Under the pieces are notes generated by a model. The model made no database searches, was not told the DNA's origin, and saw only the letters and a list, made by a program, of their open reading frames with translations. A stretch of DNA of 64,000 nt from an uncultured Gemmatimonadales bacterium. GTDB lineage: Bacteria > Gemmatimonadota > Gemmatimonadetes > Palauibacterales > Palauibacteraceae. Of the stretch, positions 22,411 to 31,043 are shown piece after piece. The position numbers and the translations under genes were made by a program. The DNA lies in assembly GCA_963807645.1 (NCBI GenBank), contig CAWECO010000005.1, forward strand, positions 23,510 to 87,509, read 5' to 3'. How positions within the stretch are numbered: the first letter of the stretch is position 1; every line of letters starts with the position of its first letter.

Positions 22411-23572
22411 CTACTTCGAGTCGTCGAGCCTGATCCTGGTTCGCGAGTCGGAGGTCACGATCTCGATCTCGCGTCCGGGCTCTATGATGTTCACGACGAC
22501 CGATCCGGTTCCCCTCACTTCGACACTCGTCTCTCCGACCAGGCCCGAATACCGGAGCTTGGCCGAGGCGTAGTCTTCCACAAGGCCGCTGTACGCCGTC
22601 GGCGCCGCACCCGCAGTCGGCGGCGGTGGGGGCATACCCGGCCTCCTGGCGGCCGTCGCGGTCGTGGTCCTGGTCTCGCCGCCACGCCTGTACGTCCAGC
22701 GCACCGTCTCACCGGGCTCCACCGAACCGAATCGCCGGCCGCCGTCGCTACTGAGCAGGGGTTCACCGTCGATCTCCAGCAGAACATCACCGCGTCTCAG
22801 ACCGGCCGCCTCGGCGGGACTTCCGTCCTCGACAGAGCTGATCTCCGGCGGGGCACTGAACTCCCACTCGGAGACTCCGGTATCCTCGTCGACGCTCCAC
22901 CGGCAGTTGGTGCACTGAATCCCGAACCCGAACCAACCGGAGGGAAGCAGCGTGTACGTTGGCCTGGGGACCGGGCCCACGCCGACGGCCACACCGGTAG
23001 CCGGCGCCGCATTCGGTCTCGGCGCCACCGCGGCGCGCGGGACCCCCACAGCCACACCCACGTTCACCGGCGCCGCGGCTGCCGCGGGAGGGGCGGGTGC
23101 TTCCGCGTGGGTACCCGGGCGCGGGCACTCGCCCTCCGGCACGACCTCGACGGTACGCTCGCGATTGCCGCGGCGCACGACCAGTGACACCGCCTGGCCC
23201 GGTTTCAGGTTGCCGAACCTTCGTCCGCCCTCTCCCGTGGTGATCGAGATGGCCATCGATGGCTACGATCTCGTCACCCTCCCGGATCTTCCCCGCAGCG
23301 GGAGAACCCGGCTCCACGACCAGAACTTCAGGCTCCGAGCTGAAGCTCCACACGCGCTCGTCTCCGTCGGTAGTCAGCGTGCAGTTCTTGCACTCGAAGC
23401 TGGAGATTCCGACCGTCCCGCGCAGTTTCGCCCCGTCGGGGCACGCCCGGGCCGCCACTCCGACCTGTCCGTGCAGCTGTAGCGGCGACCCCAGCAGCAG
23501 GCCGCAGCCCACCAATGCGGTGCCAAGGACCCTCATTGCCCGACTTCTGATCTCGTTCGTCATCCCGTTCAC
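22411..23572 (-). CDS. Secreted protein with two CxNC-PDZ-like repeats; one frameshift near 23250-23256
   Basis: GTG 23572 follows GGAGGA. Repeat 1: GISSFECKNCTLTTDGDERVWSFSSEPEVLVVEPGSPAAGKIREGDEIVAIDG / ISITTGEGGRRFGNLKPGQ. Repeat 2: FGFGIQCTNCRWSVDEDTGVSEWEFSAPPEISSVEDGSPAEAAGLRRGDVLLEIDG...DGGRRFGSVEPGE. The pieces are in ORFs 22787..23572 and 22411..23256. Confidence 0.7.
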
Positions 23573-23589
23573 CTCGTCCTCCCCTCTGC

Positions 23590-24198
23590 CTAGAACTCGA
23601 CCAGGAGCTGTCCGGCGGCTCCGTAGTCATCCGATTCTTGAGCCCTCGCCTGAAAGCCCTGGAGTATCCGGGCTGCCAGAGGATCGTCCGGCGCGAGACG
23701 CACGATCTCGTGGGCCGCCGCCCACAGTGCCGTGAGCGCCACTTCGAGAGCCTGGCTGGTGTCCGCCACGGCAGATCCGTTCGCCCCGGATAGCGCCGCC
23801 AGGGCCGCCACGTAGTCCGACCCGGTTCGTTGCACCTGCGCGGCCAGCAGGGCGTCACCCTCCTCGAAGACAGTCTGGAACGCATCCGCCGTCTGGCGAG
23901 CACCGAGCATTTGTCCGAGCGATAGACCTCCCGCGAACAGGGCGATTCCCGCGGCGATCGCCGCGGCGGAACGCCAACTTCGCCTCCGCGTCTCGGCTAC
24001 GGCGGTGGCTGGGTTTGCCCGACCGGCCGACCCCTTAGCCGCAGCGAGCAGACCCTCCTCTCGGAGCGCTCGCACGGTTCGCTCTTCGAGCAGCTGTCCC
24101 GGGTCCCGCTCTCGCGGAAGCGCCGCCAGCGCCTCGCGCTCAGAAGCCGTGAGATCCAGCGGGTCTACCGCGTCGTCGTGTGGCCGATGGTCCGTCAT
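23590..24198 (-). CDS. Putative anti-sigma factor (single-pass membrane protein)
   Basis: The start overlaps the sigma gene stop (ATGA, 24198-24195). One central TM helix (WRSAAAIAAGIALFAGGLSLG). Its position immediately downstream of the ECF sigma gene supports the call. Confidence 0.65.
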   Translation of the reverse strand: MTDHRPHDDAVDPLDLTASEREALAALPRERDPGQLLEERTVRALREEGLLAAAKGSAGRANPATAVAETRRRSWRSAAAIAAGIALFAGGLSLGQMLGARQTADAFQTVFEEGDALLAAQVQRTGSDYVAALAALSGANGSAVADTSQALEVALTALWAAAHEIVRLAPDDPLAARILQGFQARAQESDDYGAAGQLLVEF

Positions 24199-24755
24199 GT
24201 CACGTCTCCCTGCTCGGAGCCTGCCGGGTCCAGGAGCCGACGCATCGCGCGCCGGGCCGAGAACAGCTGGCTCTTGGAAGTGCCTTCTGTGACGCCGAGC
24301 CGCTCCGCGATCTCGGCGTGCTTGAATCCCTCAATGTCATGCAGCACCAGGACGGTTCGAAATCCCGGCGGCAGCAGCGAGATCGCTCTCTCCAGGTCGA
24401 TCCGGGACTCCCGGGGGTCGGGGCGCACCACCCCGAGCGAGTGCTCGGGCAGGTCGGTCCACCGACCGCTCGAGCGCAGCCGGTTGCGGCACAGATTGAG
24501 GCCAATGCCTGTCAACCAGGTCTCGAAGCGGGACTCCCAGCGGAATCCCGCGAGATTGCGGCTGGCTCTGATCCAGGTATCCTGCACGACATCCTCCGCT
24601 TCCAACTCGTCACCGCCCATGACGCGCAGGACGAATTGGTACAGTCTGGGCGTGTGGCGGCGGTACAGTTCGCGGAACGCGGACTCATCGCCCGCGCCCA
24701 CGATTTGATCGGCCAGGAACCGGTCGGTCGTCGCTACCACCGCTTGCGCTCTCAT
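24195..24755 (-). CDS. ECF-type RNA polymerase sigma-70 family factor
   Basis: Region 2 reads FRELYRRHTPRLYQFVLRVMGG..EAEDVVQDTWIRA. Region 4 reads LPPGFRTVLVLHDIEGFKHAEIAERLGVTEGTSKSQLFSARRAMR. Confidence 0.9.
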   Translation of the reverse strand: MRAQAVVATTDRFLADQIVGAGDESAFRELYRRHTPRLYQFVLRVMGGDELEAEDVVQDTWIRASRNLAGFRWESRFETWLTGIGLNLCRNRLRSSGRWTDLPEHSLGVVRPDPRESRIDLERAISLLPPGFRTVLVLHDIEGFKHAEIAERLGVTEGTSKSQLFSARRAMRRLLDPAGSEQGDVT

Positions 24756-24948
24756 CTCGACTTTGAGTGTTCGGAAGGACGGGAAAGGTTGTTCGCACGC
24801 TTCGCGTGCTCAATGTCACTCCCTACGGTCGTGACGGGTCCTCACGCTTTTGCGCTGCGACGGGTCTCCCGACACGAGCGTCCTCAATTGAGTATATTGG
24901 GACTCGCGTCACGGGCACGCACGCCGTCCTTCTTCAGAAAAAGCCACC

Positions 24949-25800
24949 ATGACTCGGCCGATCACGAAGGGACGGTGCCTCTGTGCACCTGTAGCGTTCG
25001 CGACTCTCCTCGCCGCGTCCATTCCGGCGCCCGCACTCGGCCAGGGTGCAGCCCCGATGGTGGAAATCCCTGACGAATCGACCTCCGGGTCCGCGTGGAG
25101 TTTCGCGTCCGGCGAGACGGCCACATACAGCGTGGCCTTCGGACGGTTCAAACTCGGGGAAGCCCGTCTGGCGGTGCACGACATCGAGACCATCGACGGA
25201 CGCGAAGTGGTCAGGACTTCCCTGCAGGTCGAGGGCGGACCGCCTTTCTACCGAATAGAGAACTATTTCTCGAGCTGGATCGACACGGAGCGCTTTCGTT
25301 CCATCCGATTCGAAAGACGAGTCCGGGAAGGTTCCAGGCGAACGAGGGATCGATACGAACTGGATCCGGTCGCCGGGGTCTATACCGCCGACAGCTGGTC
25401 CGAGGATCTCGAATCCTACGAACCGTCCACTTTCGAGGATGGCGGCCCCATGCCTGAGGACGCGATCGACGAGATCGCGTTCCTCTTCCTGGTCCGAACG
25501 CTGCTTCTGGAGCCGGGAGACGAGAGTCGGATGGAGCGGTACTTCAAGCCCCACTCGAACCCCATCGTCGTTCGCGTTGTGGGCCGCGAGGAGATCCGTG
25601 TGCCTGCCGGACGGTTTCAGACGATCGTGGTAGAGCCGATCATCCCGGAGCTCGAGGTGTTCGGCAAGGACCGTAAGCCGCGTGTCTGGATCTCGGACGA
25701 CGAGCGCCGGATCATCGTGAAGGTGCAGACGTCGGCTCGCGTTGGGCCCGTGGCGCTGAACCTGACGGACTACGAGGAAGGAAGCCCGTCACCGGAGTGA
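24949..25800 (+). CDS. DUF3108-like secreted protein
   Basis: Signal peptide, then GETATYSVAFGRFKLGEARLAVHD... and a C-terminal VWISDDERRIIVKVQTSARVGPVALNL. This pattern is typical of DUF3108 (from memory). Confidence 0.65.
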   Translation: MTRPITKGRCLCAPVAFATLLAASIPAPALGQGAAPMVEIPDESTSGSAWSFASGETATYSVAFGRFKLGEARLAVHDIETIDGREVVRTSLQVEGGPPFYRIENYFSSWIDTERFRSIRFERRVREGSRRTRDRYELDPVAGVYTADSWSEDLESYEPSTFEDGGPMPEDAIDEIAFLFLVRTLLLEPGDESRMERYFKPHSNPIVVRVVGREEIRVPAGRFQTIVVEPIIPELEVFGKDRKPRVWISDDERRIIVKVQTSARVGPVALNLTDYEEGSPSPE

Positions 25801-27396
25801 CTGCAGGCCCCGGCCGTGCAGCTTCCACCACTCCTTCGCCATGTCCTTCGTCCAGGCGTCGACCGAACAGGTCGCGAGTCGGGCATCCAGCTCTTCGGCG
25901 TTCTGCGGCCTGTCCGCCGGGTCCTTCGCCAGGCACGCCAGGATCACGGCGTCCAGGTCTTCCGCGATTTCCATCTCGGTGCGGCGCGACGGCGGGATGG
26001 GCTCCTCCTGCACGTGCTTCAACAGGGTCGAAACCGGCGTTTCGGCCGCGAACACCGGCTGCCCGGTCAGCAGCCAGTAGCCGACGCAGCCCAGGGCGTA
26101 GATGTCGGCCCGTCCGTCCACGCTTCCGTCCCCCAGGGCCATCTCGGGCGCCATGAACGCCGGCGTTCCGGCCACGGAGCCCTCCTGGGTGAGGGCGGTG
26201 GCGGCGCCCGCTTCCTCGCCGGTCGACTTCACGAGCCCGAAATCCAGCACCTTTACGAAGTCCAGGTCCGGACCGAGCCGGCAGGTGAAGATGTTGGCCG
26301 GCTTCACGTCCCTGTGAATCAGCCCCTGCCCGTGGGCTTCACCGAGTGAATGGCAGACGCCGCGCAGCAGGTGAACGACCCGGCCGGCCGGCAGGGGCCC
26401 GAACCGTTCGACCAGCGTGGCCAGGTCCAGTCCGTCCAGCATCTCCATGACGTAGTAGAACGCACCGTCGTCCGTGACTCCGAAGTCATACAGGTCCACG
26501 GTGTGCGTGGAGCGAAGAGCCGCCGTGGCCCGGGCCTCGCGCTTGAACCGCTCCTCCACGACGCGCGTGCCGGCCTCCTGGGAACCGAGGGCCTCGGGCC
26601 GGATCAGCTTGATCGCCGCCGGGCGGGCCAGCATCTGGTGCTCGGCGACCCACACGTCGCCCATCCCTCCCCGTCCCAGCAACTCCGTGAGCCGGTAGCT
26701 TCCCACCTCCTGCGCCTTCGCGAGCCTCTTCCCGTACCGGTACACGCCACGCGAAATCACGATGGCGATAGCGGCGCACAGGTAGGTGCTGAAGAAGTAG
26801 TACCAGAACAGATCGGCCATCGGCACGTCGGCCGCCGTGGCGCCGAACGCCTTGGACAGCGTTAGAACCAGGACACCGGCCGACGCTGCGCCGAGCGACG
26901 CGAGCACCGTCTTCCCGGGAGTGGTGGGCACGATCAGCGGAAACAGGAGGATCCACACACACTCCCAGGGTATCCCTACCCAGCCGGCCCTGGTTCGAAG
27001 CTCTTCGTACCAGCTGCCGAACTGCCCCATCTCGGGCCAGCTGCCCCACACGTTGGCCCACGCGATCCCGATGGCGCCGACCACCTCGAAGACGAGCCCG
27101 ATGTCCAGCAGCCGCTCGGGCGGCAGCGTGCCGTACCGGGATAGGAGGTAGATCCCGAGACCGAGGGCGATGGAGGCCGCCGCGACCGGAGTGGCCGGGT
27201 GTTCGAGCAAGTTGGCCCTGTGCACCGGATCGCTGAGCGCGGCGCCGAAATACGCCATGAAGTAGGTGCCGGCGTAGATCAGGGCGGCGAGGCCCAGACG
27301 CTTCGAGGCCCGCTGCAGGAGATCTGGCGGCAGGCCCGTAGTTGCGGCACCGGCGTAGCGAACCTGCCGGGGCCCCGGCGTGGATTCGAGGGTCAT
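25789..27396 (-). CDS. Ser/Thr protein kinase with an N-terminal polytopic membrane domain
   Basis: About 230 aa with ~6 hydrophobic helices come first. The kinase domain follows: LGRGGMGDVWVAEH, AIK, HRDVKPANIF, DFGLVK, GTPAFMAPE. Confidence 0.9.
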   Translation of the reverse strand: MTLESTPGPRQVRYAGAATTGLPPDLLQRASKRLGLAALIYAGTYFMAYFGAALSDPVHRANLLEHPATPVAAASIALGLGIYLLSRYGTLPPERLLDIGLVFEVVGAIGIAWANVWGSWPEMGQFGSWYEELRTRAGWVGIPWECVWILLFPLIVPTTPGKTVLASLGAASAGVLVLTLSKAFGATAADVPMADLFWYYFFSTYLCAAIAIVISRGVYRYGKRLAKAQEVGSYRLTELLGRGGMGDVWVAEHQMLARPAAIKLIRPEALGSQEAGTRVVEERFKREARATAALRSTHTVDLYDFGVTDDGAFYYVMEMLDGLDLATLVERFGPLPAGRVVHLLRGVCHSLGEAHGQGLIHRDVKPANIFTCRLGPDLDFVKVLDFGLVKSTGEEAGAATALTQEGSVAGTPAFMAPEMALGDGSVDGRADIYALGCVGYWLLTGQPVFAAETPVSTLLKHVQEEPIPPSRRTEMEIAEDLDAVILACLAKDPADRPQNAEELDARLATCSVDAWTKDMAKEWWKLHGRGLQSLR

Positions 27397-27995
27397 CTCT
27401 CAGCCCGGTACCGCTTCGCCACCGCGGCCACGCGCTCGCCCAGGACCCTGGCGCGCTCCAGCTCGGCTTCGTCCAGCCCGGGACTGTCCTTGCCCGGTAG
27501 TGGCCGCGACACCGAAGCCGCCAAAGCGGAATACCGTCTTCCTCGTAGTGAGGCCCGGCCACGATCATCCCGTTGTTGAGCATGGCGGCCAGGATCGAAA
27601 GCACCGCCAACTCCTTGCCTCCGCCGTCGCTGCCCCCGGTGGCGAAGGCCGCGCCCACCTTGTCTCCCATGAAGGGGCGCTGGCCGTCGATGAACTGCTT
27701 GACCGGCGTGGACATCGACCCCCAGTAGGTCGGCGATCCGATCATCAGGGCGTCACACGCTTCGAGATCCGCGTTCGTGGCCTCGTCGACGGTCTTCATA
27801 CTCACCTCGACGCCCGCCTAGACTCCGGGCGCCCTCGGCCGCGGCCTCGGCCAGCGTCTGCGTGTTGCCGGTCTCACTGTGGTAGACGATGAGTACCCGA
27901 ACCGTATCCGGGCTCGAGAACGCCGCCGAAGCCTGGCCAGCCCAGGCGACGAGAGAAACCAGCGCCGCGAGCGACGCCGCGCCGAACTTGCGCAT
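27393..27995 (-). pseudogene. Flavodoxin/WrbA-like FMN protein with a Sec-type signal peptide; 3 frame breaks as sequenced
   Basis: MRKFGAASLAALVSLVAWAGQASA then VRVLIVYHSETGNT (ORF 27753..27995). Next comes VEVSMKTVDEATNADLEACDALMIGSPTYWGSMS... (first ~95 aa of ORF 26486..27805). The tail is in two further frames (VFRFGGFGVAATTG / KDSPGLDEAELERARVLGERVAAVAKRYRAER-TGA). Confidence 0.7.
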
Positions 27996-29754
27996 CAGTA
28001 CCTCCAGCTCGTCAGGTCCGCGCCAGGGGGGGCCGCCTCGCGAATCCTCTCCAGGATGCGAGGCAGGTACATCGTGTTGTACCGCAGTCGGGATATGGCG
28101 TTCGAGTTCTCGTGATCCCCGTTCCAGCAGTGCTCGAAGCGGTCTCCGTAGTCCACCACGCCGGCGTAGTACGGATCCGTCGTGCTCTCCAGGAACTCCT
28201 CCATGAGGTACGTGGCGTTGTTGAGGTAGTAGTTGTCCATGTCCCCGGCGTAGATGTGGATCTTGCCCTCGAGGCTCGGGCCGATCTCGGCCCAGTCACG
28301 CTCCAGGATGTGCCGGATGTCGTAGTTCTCTTTCCAGTACTCGGCCACCTCGTGGTCGATCTCTCCGGTCCGCTTGTCCCAGAGGCGCTGCGGGTAGCCG
28401 TCGTCGCCCATCGGGGAGTAGGTGGCCTCCCAGATGTCCCACTGGCCGCCGGACCGACCCTTCGTCCCCCGCACGAGCTCGGCGTGGTTTTCGTTGCGCA
28501 CGGTGTAGCTGACGTGGCCGAGCCAGTCCCGGTGCGCCGGACGCTCGATGCGACCGAACGGCCCGATGTCGAAGTAGGCGTTCTCGTCTTCGTAGATGTT
28601 CACCAGCTCGTAGGCCCGGAAGTCGATCGGATCGGGGCAGGCCGCGAAGGCGCCGTTGTACTCGTCGGGGTAGAACACCTGCACGGCGAGCGCCTCCCAA
28701 CCACCGGTCGAGCCACCGTACGTGAACCGGGCCCAGCCCTCTCCGATGCCGCGGAACTGCTCCTCGATATAGGGGATCAGCTCGTAGGTGAGGGCGTCGC
28801 CCCACGGGCCCTGGCTGGCCGAGTTCACGGCGTACGAGTCGTCGTAGTACGGCGTGGGGTGCTGGATCTCGATCGCCAGGAAGCGAGGGAAATCGGCGAG
28901 AGATCCAGCGCTGATACAGGTCGTACGCCTCCTGCTGCTGAATCCGGTTGTAGCAGTCGAGGCTGAAGCGCTCGCTGTACTCGCACTCGAGGTCCGGATC
29001 CGGCGGCTCCGTGCGGAAACCGCCGAAGTCCCTCGGGAAGTGTCCGTGGAACACCATCAGCGGGTAGCGGGCCTCGGGGTGGTCGTCGAACCCCTCGGGC
29101 ACCAGGACGTGCGCGCCAAGGTACATGTCGCGGCCCCAGAATTCCGACAGCAGCTCGCTGCGCATCCGGATGTGCCGAATGTACTTCGTGTCCTCCGGCG
29201 GTTCGATCTCCGGCATGACCTGGTCCAGCGTGATCTCGATCGTCTCGGCCCTCGCCGGATCGACCCGAACCGTAATCGGCGTCGAGTAGAGATTGCCGGG
29301 CTTTCGGTTCCACTGCTGACCCTCGCCGCGGTCGGGCGGAAGGCTCACAGTGTGCCCGGTCGCCAGCTCGAACGCCTCGTACACGTTCAGCACTGCCTGT
29401 ACCGAGTATTCGCCCGCCGGAAGGTCCGCGAGCGCCTCGATCGGGTGACCGAACGTGGCGCCGTCGACCACCGCCGGCTCGCCGGGCTGCCACGCTTCGA
29501 CGTCGATCCCGAAGCCCTGCGCACTGCGCGCCGGCTCGGAGCGAAGCTGAAATCGTGGCTCCGACTCCGAGTCGGCAGGCGCGATCAGCAGGATGACCCG
29601 GCCATCGAGCGGGCCGCTTCGTACGTCGCCGTCGTATTGAACCGCGAAGTTGAGTAGACTCGAGTGCGTCACCGCCGCTATCGGCCGGAGCGCAGGACAC
29701 GATGAGTGCGGCCAGCAGAGCAATGGACGCAGTGATCAAACTCGGGAAACGCAT
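27995..29754 (-). CDS. Alpha/beta-hydrolase (putative esterase family) lipoprotein; 2 frame breaks
   Basis: MRFPSLITASIALLAALIVSC (lipobox) is in ORF 28825..29754. The body is in ORF 28296..29723. The C-terminal half is ORF 27995..28828, with the nucleophile-elbow-like motif YGGSTGGWEA. Confidence 0.7.
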
Positions 29755-29783
29755 ACCGTTACCTCTCGTACGGTTGAAGCTCG

Positions 29784-31019
29784 TTAGCCGGAGACGACGA
29801 AGGAGCGGTCCAGATCAGCCAGCGATTGAACTCCGTGAAGCTGCATCGCCAGTTGCAGCTCCGCGGTCAGAATCTCCAGGACCTTCTCCACGCCCGCCTG
29901 TCCGAACGCCGCCATTCCCCACAGGTAAGGCCGACCGATGCATATGGAGTCCGCACCCAGGGCCAGCGCCTTCAGAATGTCTGTCCCCCGCCTAAATCCA
30001 CCGTCCACCAGCACCGGAATCTCCCTGTTCACGGCGGCTACGACTTCCGGAAGACTCTCGATGGTACTCCTCCCGCTCGCTTCTGCCCTTCCGCCGTGGT
30101 TCGACACGATGATACCGTCGGCCCCGTACTGCACGCAGCGAAGCGCATCGTCACCGCGAACGACCCCTTTCACGAGGATGCGCATGTCCGTTTCGTCCCG
30201 CAGCCGAGCGACGAAGTCCCATGTCATCCACGGCGTGTCGAAGGCGACTCCCTGCATATCGAGTCCTTCGAACATGGGCTTTCGACCGAGCCAACCCGTC
30301 GGTCCCGCATCGTGGCAGGTCGAACAGTCGCGGGTATCCGCCTTCACGGACCGCTTCAACGTCTCCCGGTTGCTGTCGACCGGGAGGTCCACGGTCAACA
30401 CTAGCGCGGGACAGCCGGCCTCCTCGGCCCGCCGCAGAAGGGTCCGGGTCACTTCCCAGCTTGAGGTCGGATAGAGCTGGTACCACGCGGGCCGGCTTCG
30501 CACCGCGTTCACGTCCTCCACCGATGTCGTCGTGACCGTCGAGAGAATCTGGTGGTGACCCAGGGCCGTGGACGCCCGCGCCGCGGCCATCTCCCCTTCG
30601 GGATGGAACGCCTTCTGGCTTCCCGCCGGGGCCAGGACGATCGGGGTCTTCCAGCTCTCGCCCAGCAGCTCCACGCCCGTGTCGACGGAACTCACATCCA
30701 CCAGCCGCCGTGCCCGGAGGTCGAAATGCCCGAAACCCTTCCGATTGGCGCGCAGCGTTTCATCGCCGTCCACGCCGGTCGCCAGGTATCCGTAGTGGGC
30801 CGGCGGAAGGGTCTGCCGGGCCACATCGCGAAAGTCGAACACGTTGATCGCCTCATCCGGAGATCCGATGAGGTCGGACAACTCCCGAAGTGTGGTGCCT
30901 GCCGTCGAGTCCTTCGGTTCGCCCGGGGCGCAGGCCGAGAAACCCAGCAGGGGAAGTAGCGGACTGCCCGCGAGAAAACGCGCGAACGACCTGCGAGTGA
31001 GGGGAGCGACCTGAGTCAT
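29784..31019 (-). CDS. FMN-dependent alpha-hydroxy-acid oxidase/dehydrogenase family protein with Tat signal and lipobox
   Basis: TRRSFARFLAG (twin-arginine) then LLGFSAC. Family motifs: WYQLY, VKGV, SNHGGR, DGGFRRGTDILKALALGA. Confidence 0.85.
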   Translation of the reverse strand: MTQVAPLTRRSFARFLAGSPLLPLLGFSACAPGEPKDSTAGTTLRELSDLIGSPDEAINVFDFRDVARQTLPPAHYGYLATGVDGDETLRANRKGFGHFDLRARRLVDVSSVDTGVELLGESWKTPIVLAPAGSQKAFHPEGEMAAARASTALGHHQILSTVTTTSVEDVNAVRSRPAWYQLYPTSSWEVTRTLLRRAEEAGCPALVLTVDLPVDSNRETLKRSVKADTRDCSTCHDAGPTGWLGRKPMFEGLDMQGVAFDTPWMTWDFVARLRDETDMRILVKGVVRGDDALRCVQYGADGIIVSNHGGRAEASGRSTIESLPEVVAAVNREIPVLVDGGFRRGTDILKALALGADSICIGRPYLWGMAAFGQAGVEKVLEILTAELQLAMQLHGVQSLADLDRSFVVSG

Positions 31020-31043
31020 CGATATCTCCCGTGTGAGGAAACG

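Noticed and set aside
24768-24796. A possible ECF-type autoregulated promoter (GAAC-N17-CGAA on the minus strand) upstream of the sigma gene.
   Set aside because: It matches only the minimal GAAC core. The -10 does not fit the common CGT-type motifs. It would leave almost no leader before the ATG. The evidence is too weak to call.
24870-24898. A sigma70-like promoter CGACAC-N17-TATATT with the adjacent 10-bp palindrome CTCAATTGAG (24883-24892), upstream of the DUF3108 gene.
   Set aside because: The spacing is plausible, but the -35 is poor and I have no supporting evidence. It is not reported as a feature.
26486-27805. A 439-aa ORF spanning the flavodoxin gene and the kinase N-terminus.
   Set aside because: Only its first ~95 aa (MSMKTVDEATNADLEACDALMIGSPTYWG...) are flavodoxin-like. 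The remainder is an out-of-frame Arg/Gly-rich read-through over the kinase gene.
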